Counted from the whole stretch's first letter, positions 1-12,790 are shown. The stretch: DNA of 63,830 bases, filler included, from Lenisia limosa (GCA_001655205.1; 8 parts of 8 records of this genome joined end to end with filler, not necessarily neighbours in it), one strand, 5' to 3'. The notes: generated by a model from the letters alone, not told the origin. Made by a program: numbers and translations.

Positions 1-609
1 AGGTACAAAGCAGAAGATTATAAAAGAAAAATTCTCATTCCTTTGGTTCGAAAATCTATGCACCCATTCACACTGCCAAGGTACTTTTAACTCGCTGTCT
101 TACTTTTTTAGGCTATTAAATCGTATTTTGAAAAGACTGATTACTCTGTTCTGGAATGGACTTCGCAATCACCTGACCTCAACCCAATTGAGCACTGCTG
201 GGGGCTTCTTGACCGGAAATTGGAAGAAGCCAACGCGAAACCATCATCAGAAGCTGCAATGATGACATGCTTGAGGGATGGATGGGCTAAAATCACTACG
301 GAAGAGCTCTGTTCGCTTATCAACTCAATGCCACGACGTTGTGAAGCTGTCATTAAAGCCAAAGGAGGTCCAACAAAGTATTAGTTGTTGATATTGTGTT
401 GAAGTTTTGAAAAAATATACATATTTGTGACCAAAAAAATGTTTTTTTTTGTGCCTTTTCAGAAAATTCATAAATTTAAACCGTGAATTGATGAAAAAAT
501 AATTCTAAAGTTGAAAATCATAAAGCTCGCGGCTTTTAATATTGAAAATGGTTGTACCACACTCTGAAACCAAAAATAAACTTTCTCCCAAAATATAACC
601 ATTTGACTG
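1..609 (+). mobile_element. Right part of a Tc1/mariner-type DNA transposon, truncated by the window start
   Basis: Transposase C-terminus at 57-384. The element ends ...CATTTGACTG at 609 followed by TA, i.e. a CAGT-type terminus with a TA target site. Confidence 0.8.
57..384 (+). pseudogene. Tc1-like (DD34E) transposase C-terminal fragment with a 31-nt intron (81-111)
   Basis: Spliced translation: YAPIHTAK|AIKSYFEKTDYSVLEWTSQSPDLNPIEHCWG...SMPRRCEAVIKAKGGPTKY*. These are the Tc1 motifs APxH, SPDLNPIE and SMPRR..VI.AKGG.TKY. The expected second catalytic Asp reads Ile. Confidence 0.85.
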
Positions 610-1109
610 TATATAGTATAGTATACTATACATATCATACTAAACAGGTAATATCATTCAAAACATTGCAACTTCTTTGTTATAAAAATGAGTGCTATTA
701 TCAAAGCAAGTAAGTGTCTTTTCTATCCCAAATTTTAAATCCCAAGCATACCTTCTCTCCAAGGTATTTTTTTGGTATTTTATCTCCTGATGGAGTAGGG
801 CAATTGACCTAAATCAATTAAGAAAAAACAAGCTTCACAGTCAGTCACGCATGGTAACAGATTTCGCGTTTTGACGCATGGAGTTAAAAAAAGCATGTTG
901 GTAAAGGGGAACAGAAATTCAGGGAAATACATATATATATACTATATATATGTGATCATTTATCTAACAAATACACTACAGGTGTGATATTCATTCTGTT
1001 TATGATCTGCTGTGCCGCATACCGGTTTCCTTCGCGAGGGTGACACAACCCCCTAAACTGTGAGATACTGAAAAGGCAGCAAGCTTGACAGACATGACCC
1101 ACCCACCAC

Positions 1110-1783
1110 AGGAACTTTAGCATCAGAAACACTGGACTTCGGAACTGCCAATTTGGACAGGTTAGGCTTGGGTGCTGCCTTGACGGGGGGTTTGGGACCC
1201 TGAAAATGAGTAGGTAGATCCATAGGAGAAAGTGATAGTTTAGTACTGAGAGGAAGGGGCAAAGTTTCACATTGAAAAGTCTCCTTTTTTGCAAGATGTG
1301 GTACTGAAAGAACTACTATAAAATGAACATAACACAAAAGTCTATGAAGCTCACATTCTCAATTCAAAAAAAATAATTATAAAAAAATAAAATGGAGAAA
1401 TACACTGAGACGAAGAAATAGCAGCAAACGGACACCAAACAGAATGAAGAGAAAAGAGTCTTTTCCAACCTGAGGGGATACAGGAACAGTGGTATTGTTG
1501 CGAAGTTCCTTTGGAAGAGATGCGACTGGGAACTTTGGGGGTGGGCTTGGCTTTAACATTGACCTGGTAACTCTCTTTGTTTGCATCTTGACATGATCCT
1601 TAGGTTTCTTATTAGTCTTGACTGGAGCGACTGCAGTCTTTTCAATCTCTGCAGTCTTCTTGGAATCCTCTTCCTTGTGACATTCTTCGCTTTTTTTCTC
1701 CTTCTCCAGGAGCTTGGAGCTAGAACGAGTTTGTCTTTGCCTCAACATGTCGTGATGATGTCAAGGGAAAGTTGTTCACCAGA
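1110..1783 (-). CDS. Exons of an uncharacterised Lys/Pro-rich multi-exon gene (partial model)
   Basis: Open frames (1377-1748 and 1053-1337 in the track) bounded by GT/AG-like sites. Exon phases are not resolved. Confidence 0.35.
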
Positions 1784-2081
1784 CCTAAAACCTGCTTAGA
1801 ATTCCCCCATTTACTTTATTGAAACAAATACAGGGTCTAATAACAAGGAAGGGTAATAGTGGGACTGGGGTGTTTGAACTCTTTTGAATAATAAATGTAT
1901 TTTAATTATTACTGACTTAATTTTGATAGCAAAAAGGCGTAAAAAAAGGCATTCACAGCCAAAGAGTAAAGGAATAGTAATTCCGTAGATATTTTTAACC
2001 CTCTTTTCTTGCTCCCCTTTCTGTCTGCACATTATAACGTATAATTCATAATACTATATTAATAAATAACATAATAACACA

Positions 2082-3887
2082 ATGAATGATCTTATGCGGC
2101 GATTACAATTCATTCGGCAAGAATGTGGAAGTGAGTTCTTCTATGTGAGGTGTTTAACCCATTTTAGCTGGAAATGATGCCGAAAAAGGTCAAGCTAAAA
2201 AAGGAGACAAGGTGGATGAGTTCACCAGGCTCAAGAGAGATATTGCCAATCATTTAAGAGAAGCCAGAACGAAAATTAAGATGCGTGATCAATCCATGTC
2301 TAAAGATGGATCCACTCAAGATAGTGTTGTGGTGAATGCTAAGGTTTGTTGACCAAATTTGCCGTTCCTGTTCCTATTATGGTTTCCCATGCCATTTAAT
2401 TCCGTCTAATTGGTATTCCACAATATTATTGTCAAAAAGTCTCATATTTTGTAGATTCGTACTCTCATTCGCGAGTCCAAGGTTTGCCTTGTGTAATTAA
2501 TTACCAACCTAGTTCACTTCAAACTTTTGTGATTTGGCAAGATTATCTTAAAGGCTATGGTTTTTTAGATCACTTACCCAATGACAGGAGAGATCAAAAG
2601 AGCTTACAACTGTTCATCAACAGCTGTCAAAGAAATGGAAAAAGTCAAAAGACCCTCAACACCAGAGAATGCTTGAAACTCAGAAGGAACATGTGGGTTG
2701 ATAGCTCTTTATCTGCAGCCTTTTGTTTAATTGAAGATAGTTTTCCTTTTTCTGTTTTCATTACTGTTCAGATTGCCATTGTTAACGATCATATTCATGA
2801 GGTTGAAGAGCTTCAAAGGAAAAAGTCTGGTTTTGGATTACCTCTTCGCTCCGAATGATATGGCAGTAGTATATTATCAGCGGTGCGGTAATATCAAAAT
2901 AGTTTTAAGGTTCTGGATTTTGCTGAACTGGGATCATTTTGTTTTTTTCAAAGTCGCGCTCCTGTATTAACGTTGTTGCTCTCGCCACAATGAGATTCTA
3001 ATCGCGGACTAGGTTTGCTGTGAAGTCGAATAGACCGCAGTTGTCACTGGCACCAGTCGTGGTGGGCACCCCCCAGCCAGATGGTGTGACTACTCCTTCA
3101 GGTGGCTGCGGTTCACTTTTGCTAAGCCTGAAGCATGGTCTGTTGTATATTGACGTTTATAGATGACCCGGAAGCAACGGAACTGGCACCGATACCCGAG
3201 GAGGTTATGGAGGGTCTAGGTTGGAAGTGGCACGATACCCGAGGAGGTTGTGGAGGGTCTAGGTTGGAAGTGGATCAGTTGAGGAGGTTTTTTTGCAGTA
3301 AAGTCAGGATCATAGAGATCTGGTGTTTGAACTGTGGAGGGTTGTCGGTGCGAAGCGGATCTTTGTTGAGATTGTGAATGAGACGGGCTTCCTTCCTTTT
3401 AAATAAAGGTATATTTTGATGAATCTAAAACAGTTTTCAGTACAAAGGCAGGTATCGAAACTTATGCATTGACCCTTCAGCCCAACTGGAGGCAACGAAC
3501 ATGGTCATTGAGCAAGAACTTGACGATGTCTCAGTCGGAGTGCAGCGTCTCAAACATTTGGCCGTTGACATGAAACAGGTGTGCTGGGTTCCAAGGTTCT
3601 AACATCGTTTTGCAATGGCAACTCAATCTCATATCCTAGGAATTAGACCACCAGGACAACTTAATTGAGGATATTGAGGGTGGGATGGAGAAGACTGAGA
3701 GGGAATTGAAAAACCTCAACAAACGAATGAAGAAAACTCTCAACCGTGTGCGAAAAGGAGACAAATTCCTTATGGGTAGGGTGGGGCAAGTGTGTAAAAT
3801 GATAAGATATATCTAATTGTTTCAGATTTGGTAATGTTGTGCATTATTCTTGGTATTGCGGCATACATTTATCGAATGATGCAGTAG
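2082..3887 (+). CDS. Qc-SNARE, SYP7/syntaxin-71-like, multi-exon
   Basis: ATG at 2082 (MNDLMRRLQFIRQECG). Helical N-domain DEFTRLKRDIANHLREARTKIK...VVVNAKIRTLIRESK. SNARE heptad IEQELDDVSVGVQRLKHLAVDMKQ|ELDHQDNLIEDIEGGMEKTERELKNLNKRMKKTL. C-terminal TM anchor DLVMLCIILGIAAYIYRMMQ* (stop 3885-3887). Some internal exons are uncertain. Confidence 0.8.
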
Positions 3888-4091
3888 GGGTCTTTGATTG
3901 GAATATTTAATTTTGATGTATTTTTTTTATTATTTTTTGAGAAAAGGGATACACACACTTCCTGTGTGAAGGTGGAGTAGTTCCATATTTCTATGGTACC
4001 ATCAAGGCTAGAACTTTCTTAAGTTTAAATAATCATGCTTTACACTACCATATACAGTGTCAAAAATTCAAAAACAGTAAAATACAAATAC

Positions 4092-5735
4092 CTAAACTCC
4101 AGCTCCTGGACCGAAAGCCTCCTTTGGTTTCTTTTTCTTCCTTCTCTTCTTCTCCCCGTCCTTCTCTCCTTCTTTCTTCTTTCGTCTCTTCTTGGCCTAA
4201 ACAGTAAACAACACATTACATGCTACGATAAAGCGATAAAGCGTACCCGCGAAAAGCCCAAGATGCGCCACTTACCCCGTCGTCAGCCTGCGGACTGGTG
4301 GGCTCCATTTGGCCGCCATGGCTCACACTGCTCGTGCCGCCAACATACGTGGGATGCAGCTGCTGCGTGTTGGACACTCCAGTACCCAGGGGTGGCGGTC
4401 GTGGTCCTGAAGCATGAAAGTGAAATTGCGGTTGTTTGGCTTTGGATTGATCAATGGTGCAAACAAGGAAAGTTGTTTAAGACCATTTTATAAGGTTGTT
4501 AGACGATGTTTGGTGTTGTTTTTGGGAAAGACCTGGCAGAGGCGAGAAAATTGGCTTCGTAGGTCATCCCCAGGACACTGCAACCCACCTTTACTGGGCT
4601 GGCCGCGTTTCATTTGCATTAAGTGCGGATTCGGCTTTTGTGGAGACGATGGCGATGATGATGGTTCATTGAGATCTCCTTCTAGAATGGTTGTAAAAAA
4701 GAAGTCCAAATGGTATATTATACTATATCATATATCCTATACAATACATATAATACATACAGAGTATATAATATAAGATATGATATAATATATGATGTAT
4801 AAATAAAAATATAGTATATACTACATAATCATATGCAGAAAAGTTATTATATACTATATTTATATTATCATATAGCTAGATCATATACAGATATGATATT
4901 GTTTCCTGCCCCCCCCCCCACGAATTGGTTTCATTTTCTCAATGGGGGTGGTAGCAGCTCCCTTATTTCTCTCGAGCAGAGTTGAGACATTGCCTTGAAA
5001 GTTATTGCATCCCGAGGCTGGAAGCCATCATACCCGCCTGTGTTCCGACTAATTGGCTGACGCCTTGCATTTTGGTCCAGTTCGACTTGGCGCGCTCGTG
5101 CTGTTCAGGTGGCGTGGCTGGCCGCCGAAGATCTGTAAGGTCACCACATTTGTACACGACATAATTTTGTACTGTTCACACCCCGTTTGGCATACCTTCA
5201 GGGATATCTCTCCAAATCAGATTATGTGCAGATGGTGGGAGCGGTGGCACCAACACTCGCCTCATGATCACCTAAATCATGACGAAGCTGCCATGACAGA
5301 ATTGATGCAGTTGATTATTAATGGAAGAGAGACTGATTGTGGCGAACTTGTTTGGTGCGCGAAGGTGTGGCAGCGATGTACAGGTCACCGGGGGGGCCAT
5401 GATGGTCTGGTCCGGCTGTGGGATGGTCCTATAATGTTATTAATCCTCTCTGGTTGACGGAACGCACCGTCAGTTCGGAAGGCAGCATGCCTGAGCGGAA
5501 CACGTGAATAGACGACACAGCCGCTTTCATGTCATCCGGTACCACGCTCCATGACGCCACCACCATGCCTGGATGTGAGTTTGCGAAGGAGGAGCCAACC
5601 AGTCAGCACATCAATGGCTGCGACAAAGCCTCTGCCGCCAGGAATTTGGACTGTTATCAAGGCGTTGCAGTGGTCCTTAGGATAGACCAGGACCCTCTCG
5701 GGCAGAGCAAAGGACGTGGGGGCTTGTGTGACCTG
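4092..5735 (-). CDS. 3' exons of an uncharacterised multi-exon gene with a Lys/Arg-rich C-terminus
   Basis: Last exon AKKRRKKKEGEKDGEKRRRKKKKPKEAFGPGAGV*, preceded by an exon ending at a GTAAGT donor (~4271). Upstream exon structure is unresolved. Confidence 0.4.
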
Positions 5736-5903
5736 GGGTGATGCGTAAAGTTGCCTTGCTGCACAGACAAACCTGAATAGTTGCCCTATGCAGCAGAAGG
5801 TGCTCGTTTGGAGGGAAAGGTACTATCGATGCTGGTGGGATAATGCGTCTTTGAGCTAAGTGGAAGCAGATGACTGACAGGGTCGCAGCTGCAGTAGTGA
5901 AAC

Positions 5904-6003
5904 NNNNNNNNNNNNNNNNNNNNNNNNNNNNNNNNNNNNNNNNNNNNTTAATTAATTAANNNNNNNNNNNNNNNNNNNNNNNNNNNNNNNNNNNNNNNNN
6001 NNN
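5904..6003. other. Artificial scaffold spacer
   Basis: 44 N + TTAATTAATTAA + 44 N, exactly 100 nt, with stops in all six frames. Confidence 0.97.
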
Positions 6004-6237
6004 GGGGGGGATCTTATTATTTATACGCACCCAAAATTTTTGTGTGCTGGTCTGGATGGCTTTGGCCCTAGATACTGCTTTGTTTTATTGCACATTTATA
6101 CTGTCTCCCAGTAAGGGACGGAGGATGACATTGATTAACCTTTATAATTTGTCATCTTATTCTTTTCTTTTTTGGGTAGTATTGTCAGAAACCTTGTTTT
6201 TTTTTTTCTCATTTCCACATCAACTTACCCTTGACAG

Positions 6238-6774
6238 ACCCCCATCAACGAGGTAGCTCAGATCCGAACGTACAACGACCCCGAAGTCAGGGCTGCGTAT
6301 TTGGAGGTTTGAATTGATATTGTCATATATGTGCTGGTGTGGACGGTTTCGGCCAGATACATCCTTATTTTTATTTCTCATTGCTAGTAGTATAATGGGC
6401 TTCCTTCTTCCTCAGAAAGACAATTTCACCACAAATCACCATCTATTACAATGCACTCGCCACCACACCCCTTGCTTATCCCGCAGCTTGCCCGCTCATC
6501 GATGCTGACTTGGCCTGTTATTCAAGCCCCCTTACTGCCCTACGCTAGGAAAACGGTTGAACTGGCGCGCGAGTCCCCGAGTTTGAAGGTAATTCTGGAT
6601 ACGTCATTTTAATAATTACCACCAAGCATAACTTTTTAGAATACTGTTTGTATTTTTGTCTCTCTCTTTGCTTACCATTACCGTCACTTGGATTATCTTT
6701 GAATCACTTCCTTGTAGGTCCGTGGAATTGCGAAGGAGGTCGAACATATCATGGACAATTCTACGACTCCGAAG
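6238..6774 (+). CDS. Internal exons of an uncharacterised gene
   Basis: AG/GT-bounded exons TPINEVAQIRTYNDPEVRAAYLE, ...LLPYARKTVELARESPSLK and VRGIAKEVEHIMDNSTTPK. No family recognised. Confidence 0.4.
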
Positions 6775-6847
6775 GTGGGGAGATGGCCTTCACTTTATTA
6801 CCTGTTACATGTGAATATTCCAAAATTTGGCACTATGATGATATCTT

Positions 6848-6943
6848 GGGCTTCATTTCGGTTCGAAAAAAGATTGAGGGTCTCGATAAATCCTCAAACA
6901 CTATCAATATTTTCCCGAGTTGTTTCGAACCGAAGTGAAACCC
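6848..6943. mobile_element. MITE family A (~95 bp hairpin, TIR GGGCTTCACTTCGGTTCGAAAAA)
   Basis: GGGCTTCATTTCGGTTCGAAAAA...TTTCGAACCGAAGTGAAACCC, with the family core ATCGAT..TTTTCGAGGATTTATCGAG in reverse orientation. Confidence 0.8.
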
Positions 6944-8583
6944 TTATGATAACAATGCTGATGGTGATGATGATTCTGATCCTTACAGCGCCCAATTGTG
7001 AAGGTACCCTTGCCTGAAGGACTTCAGCAAGTGCTTGAGGGCAGGAAAAAGTGGGGAGGAGACATAATGAAGGGGAAAGGACAAGGGTTAGTTTTCTGTT
7101 AAGAGGGAAATTGTTGTGTGTTTTGTGATTAGATAGTGATCTTTCTATGAATTGCTTCGAAAATATCGGTAAAATATCGATAATTTTCGAGGATTTATCG
7201 AGCAATACAGTCGTTTTTTAAACCTAAGTGAAGCACTAGTACTAATACAGTGTCACAACTGCGGATCTCTGTGATTATGTTTTGTATCTTTTTGTATTAA
7301 AATGGTTACTTAACCAGTGTCTACATTTCTTGATTGGTCCTCGATATTTTTATATCTTTTTGCACCTTAGGAAAGCCCTATCTTAATTTTACTAATAAAA
7401 TGCCTATTTAAAAATCATCAACTAGACCGTCCACTGGATTTGCCGAACTCTTCGAAGAGAAGAAAAAGACCAAAAAAGTACTGGTAAGTCTGGTTGAGAT
7501 ACAAAAAATGTCAAAGAATTTTCGGATTAAATTAATAGGTAGTATTTCAGAGTTACAATCAAGACCTTTGAATACTACCATATTGATTCAGTATGAGTAC
7601 ATATCATATGATACTCCAAATACATAGTATTCTATTTCAACTAACATCTTGACAGAAGAAGAAGAAGAAGAAGGTTGTCCAGAAGGAGCAAGAAAGCGAT
7701 TCTGACGACGATGAAGATGAAGCAGTGATCCCTGATTTCGCGGCGCCTTCCACCGCACCTTCTCTTCTTACTACTTCTTTAAGTTGGCAGAAAAATATGT
7801 TTTCAGAAACTAACATCCTATTTCACATTCAAAACTCGCATCCTCCCATCAATTATTCATTGTTTTTGTGATCTTTTCATCTGACTCAGGGTTTCAATTG
7901 GTCCGAAAACCAGACCCAATTTCTCGAAAACACGAGTGAAATATTCATATATCACTCTATTTAACTCGAGATTGAATCATTCTCCTAATAGTATATAAAC
8001 TGTTTCCCTTCTTTAACAAACCAGCCTCCTCTGCGACCCTTCCTCCTTCCGCCCCCTCAATTCCCTCCAAACCCTCTGAGGTAAGTATCAATCCTAATCA
8101 TCTTCTTTTTTTCCAATATCTCTTACAAGCATGATGGAGGACGGCTTCAGCCAGATACANNNNNNNNNNNNNNNNNNNNNNNNNNNNNNNNNNNNNNNNN
8201 NNNNNNNNNNNNNNNNNNNNNNNNNNNNNNNNNNNNNNNNNNNNNNNNNNNNNNNNNNNNNNNNNNNNNNNNNNNNNNNNNNNNNNNNNNNNNNNNNNNN
8301 NNNNNNNNNNNNNNNNNNNNNNNNNNNNNNNNNNNNNNNNNNNNNNNNNNNNNNNNNNNNNNNNNNNNNNNNNNNNNNNNNNNNNNNNNNNNNNNNNNNN
8401 NNNNNNNNNNNNNNNNNNNNNNNCTGGCTGAACCCAAGGTATAAAATAATATACATATCTCGGGCTATCTATAATTTTCGAGGATTTTTCGAGAAATTCA
8501 GTGTTTTTTCGAACCGGAGTGAAACCCTATAATAGTATTATTTTTTCATATTTATCTGATTTCGGGTCCACAAATTTTACATA

Positions 8584-8698
8584 ACACCGGCGCATGGCTT
8601 GGGAATCCCATAAACATCTTCCGACTTCCATAAAATTCCATGTAAAATTTGGGAATCCCAAGTTTTTCACAAGAATCCCAAGTCGAGGCGCTGTAGTG
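8584..8698. mobile_element. MITE family C (TIR CACTACGGCGCATCGACTTGGGA), degenerate copy
   Basis: CACCGGCGCATGGCTTGGGAATCCC...GAATCCCAAGTCGAGGCGCTGTAGTG, matching copies at 17526 and 46757. Confidence 0.65.
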
Positions 8699-10289
8699 AA
8701 ATTTAAGTAAAATTCGTGTAAGAACGTTCTAACTTATTTTCTGACCTTTTGAGGGAATTGAAGACGAGCCTGAAAACGATCAAGGGGCTTCGTCATCTGA
8801 TGATGATGATGCTATTCCCCAAATCGTGTTCTAACTGTTTTCTCGCTTCTTTGTTCTTATGTTTTGTTTCGGTTGTGGTAACAATAGAGTTCTTTCCCGC
8901 TGGCATATGAACAGCAAGAGATGATTTCGGAGGGTTTATCTTTGTCTTTTGGTTGGATCTTGATATAATGCAGTCGGTCGACCGTGGGAGGGGGGAAGAC
9001 TCTCTGTTTTACAATTTTCTCATTTACAATTTAACATAGTGAAGTGACCTTAGTATGGANNNNNNNNNNNNNNNNNNNNNNNNNNNNNNNNNNNNNNNNN
9101 NNNNNNNNNNNNNNNNNNNNNNNNNNNNNNNNNNNNNNNNNNNNNNNNNNNNNNNNNNNNNNNNNNNNNNNNNNNNNNNNNNNNNNNNNNNNNNNNNNNN
9201 NNNNNNNNNNNNNNNNNNNNNNNNNNNNNNNNNNNNNNNNNNNNNNNNNNNNNTTGGATTATTTTCACAATCATTTTCCGATGATACTTTTTTTTATGTT
9301 ACGATGTTAATATCTATGCCCCGGGTCAACGAAAAAAGACAACTGATTTTACAGGAGGAAGGATACATAACATTCAAGAATCAGGCTTATACTCCAAAAC
9401 TTCCGCTTCTGTGTTGACTGACCTAGGTGATTGAGGAAATGGGGGAGTCACAACATAGTTGAAGGAACGTGNNNNNNNNNNNNNNNNNNNNNNNNNNNNN
9501 NNNNNNNNNNNNNNNNNNNNNNNNNNNNNNNNNNNNNNNNNNNNNNNNNNNNNNNNNNNNNNNNNNNNNNNNNNNNNNNNNNNNNNNNNNNNNNNNNNNN
9601 NNNNNNNNNNNNNNNNNNNNNNNNNNNNNNNNNNNNNNNNNNNNNNNNNNNNNNNNNNNNNNNNNNNNNNNNNNNTGTATATCGATATTGTATGTATCGA
9701 AGTTCTATTTGTGCATTTTAACAGTTTTTCTAGCTTTGGTTGTCGCAGCCCCCTAGTTGAAGCTCAAATAAGAATGCACCAACTTACGGGTCTTCAGCAA
9801 CTGTGGCACTATCATTGTTGGTATCAAGGGTTTCCCTGTCTTTTTGGGGGACTTCAGGAGGTGGCGGAGGGGCTATCGGGTGTACAACAACTTCCTGAAC
9901 AGAATCAAAAATTTTGCAGTGAAGTCAAAACGCAACACTACTTCTCAAAAAAGGGGGTGTAAAAACAAAATAGCGAGAGAAAAATGAAAACAAAAACAAT
10001 ACCACTGATATGATAAGGCATACCTGGAGTTGTGTTGGAGGAGCTGCCAAGCCTTCTTCTGAAAAATTAGCGACATATAGCATACATATTTGAAAATTGT
10101 TGCGCCTTTTTTTAACAAATTATGTTTAAATCCCTTTATTTGTGCAAAACTTATCTGTGCATAATATAATTAGCAACTATTAAAACATCATTCTGGAACC
10201 AAAAAAAAAAAAAAANNNNNNNNNNNNNNNNNNNNNNNNNNNNNNNNNNNNNNNNNNNNNNNNNNNNNNNNNNAGTCATTGGGAACTGA

Positions 10290-12790
10290 GACAAATCCAA
10301 CCTGGGGGTAAATCGGAGTCGTCAAGATGAACAAAGTTTTCATTAGTCGAAGAATAAATGGCCAGCCCTGGATTCCTAAGGAGCGTGTACGTTTTCTGCC
10401 ACCTGAAATATCAAATAAAAAATAATCACGACTCCGCGCAGTTAGTTGAAAGTTTAATTGCCAAATTTGAAGTAAGATACTATTATGGGAACTCCATTCA
10501 GACACTTTCATTTCACATTTTGTCAATTATTTAAAAATTAATTGCATGGAGCTTTAAAAATAATGAAGGAATTAAATGCCACAAAATGTGTTCGTGGCCA
10601 AAAGGACAATATTAAAAGCAGGTTGCGGTTGGAGAGAATTGTCACGGATATCCTGAGACAAACTTCCGGTGACGTCATATTTTTATTACTTTTTATGAGA
10701 ATTTAACTAAACCATTGATCATTATGAAAATAGTAATTACTTTTAATACATTTAATCTAAATCACGCGAGCTACGCTCGTTTATGGTTCTTTTTGTCCTT
10801 CGACCGAGCCAGGTTCTCCAACCGCAACCTGCTTAAAGTTTCCCTTTCAAAATAGTCTTCAAGAGGCCCATATTCCCAAAGCAAAGCTTCTTTACCTTAG
10901 TAAAGCTCTTCGCTTTCCGTAGCTCGCATCAACGGTGACATCACCATCCCTTCGTAGGTACATGTCTGAAATGGTCATTTCAATGAACAGCAAAACAAAA
11001 AAGCTTCGATTTAGGTTCAAAAAGAATGGTAAATAAAAATATTTTTGGTACCGAAATCAATCTCTAAAAAGAGTAGTATATGTGCAATATCGACCAAAAG
11101 ACGAGTAATATCAACACCCTTACTGTGGGCCAAGAGATATCAACACCCCTAACTGTGGGCCAAGAGATATACAAAAGTGGAGACCACAGGGTTACCGTAG
11201 CGGTGATGTTGAATAACCATTGCCATAACTAAAATGTGAATAAAACAAGGGATTTTAGGATTTATTAGTTCGAAGTGAAGGCAACGAGATGAGGTAAAGT
11301 TGTGAAAATACCATAGTATAAAAGGAAAACCTTTCAAAAAAAAACACATACAAATTCAATGAGAAGTAGCGAAGCTCTATTCCACACCCACATATTTTGA
11401 AACCACCATCAGGCTTAAAGACAAAAGAAAGAGGACGCTTAGGCGGCAGGCTGGCAAAGGACGTGTTTTTATCAAGGCGTGGGAAGTTCAAAAGCATCTA
11501 AATATTGATAAGACGCAATTAATATAATGTTAACTTCTCTCCACATAAAAGTAGTTAATCCCCCCTTTGCATAAAATCACCCCTCCCACAAAGATGAAGT
11601 TCTTGACGAGGAACACAATGCCGGCCAAAATGCCGCCGACAAAGCCGATGAATGTCCCGATGTAGTCGAAGATGGCGTACATCGTCCTCCTGGGGGGGGG
11701 GGGGGNNNNNNNNNNNNNNNNNNNNNNNNNNNNNNNNNNNNNNNNNNNNNNNNNNNNNNNNNNNNNNNNNNNNNNNNNNNAAGGGGGAGTCGGAAAAGGA
11801 ATTAGTACCCCCCCGATGAGAAGGATTAGAAGAGTCCATAATTACGATTTTGAGACAAAAAGATGGAATGTAAACTGACTTTTAGAATTACGATTTTACG
11901 ACATTATACGATTTTATGGCAACGTACGTGACAATGGTATAGCCTTAAACTGACCTTTTGACTCGTTCGCGTCCATCAGTGGCTACAAAGCGAATCAAAA
12001 TCATGTTCATCAGCTTGTACCAGACTGCCAAGGATCCTGATGGTGTAAATGAATATTTCTTTTTAATTTCAGAAAAAACATGAAAAAATATACTGGTATA
12101 TGTACATAGTACTATACATATATACATGTATAACTAACTATTAAATGAAACAAAAAAAATCATTCGTATCAATAAATCAACGATGCAAACCAAAATACAG
12201 CAGTACCGATCGCGACCCTTTCTCAACCGCTTCCACAGCTGACGGCTTTGCGACAAGAAGAATGAGGGTGCAGGAGCTGACTACAAAAAGGACTGCCAGG
12301 GAGAAAAGCAGAATCCTTCCGGCCTAGCGGGGGGGGGGGGGNNNNNNNNNNNNNNNNNNNNNNNNNNNNNNNNNNNNNNNNNNNNNNNNNNNNNNNNNNN
12401 NNNNNNNNNNNNNNNNNNNNNNNNNNNNNNNNNNNNNNNNNNNNNNNNNNNNNNNNNNNNNNNNNNNNNNNNNNNNNNNNNNNNNNNNNNNNNNNNNNNN
12501 NNNNNNNNNNNNNNNNNNNNNNNNNNNNNNNNNNNNNNNNNNNNNNNNNNNNNNNNNNNNNNNNNNNGGTGAAAATTGGAAAATTTAAGAAACAAAAAAA
12601 GCCCAAAATCAACGGAGGGGTAGGTTGACTCATCAAGAATTTTCACAATTACTAATTTCAAAAATGGGACAAATCCCACACCCACCTGATGACCAGTATA
12701 TTTGGCACACTTATGTGGGGGGTACTTGTACCTTGGGCCGTACCATCCGTCACCTCTTCGAACCGAAAGGTACTACAGATGAGATTGGTT
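10290..12790 (-). CDS. Exons of a probable multi-pass membrane protein gene (gapped, partial)
   Basis: AG/GT-bounded minus-strand exons encoding hydrophobic segments RTMYAIFDYIGTFIGFVGGILAGIVFLVKNFIFVGG (~11580-11690) and RILLFSLAVLFVVSSCTLILLVAKP (~12240-12325). Confidence 0.35.
10617..10833. mobile_element. 217-bp MITE with a perfect 19-bp TIR and a TAAA duplication
   Basis: AGCAGGTTGCGGTTGGAGA at 10617-10635, its exact reverse complement at 10815-10833, and TAAA on both flanks. Confidence 0.8.

Noticed and set aside
6848-6943. MITE hairpins as tRNA or other structured RNA genes (GGTTCGAA resembles a T-loop)
   Set aside because: No cloverleaf or D-arm. The motif is part of a terminal inverted repeat present at both ends. 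No rRNA or tRNA gene was recognised in the window.
8094-9962. Track ORFs running through N gaps (here and throughout the window)
   Set aside because: They are open only because N codons are not stops.
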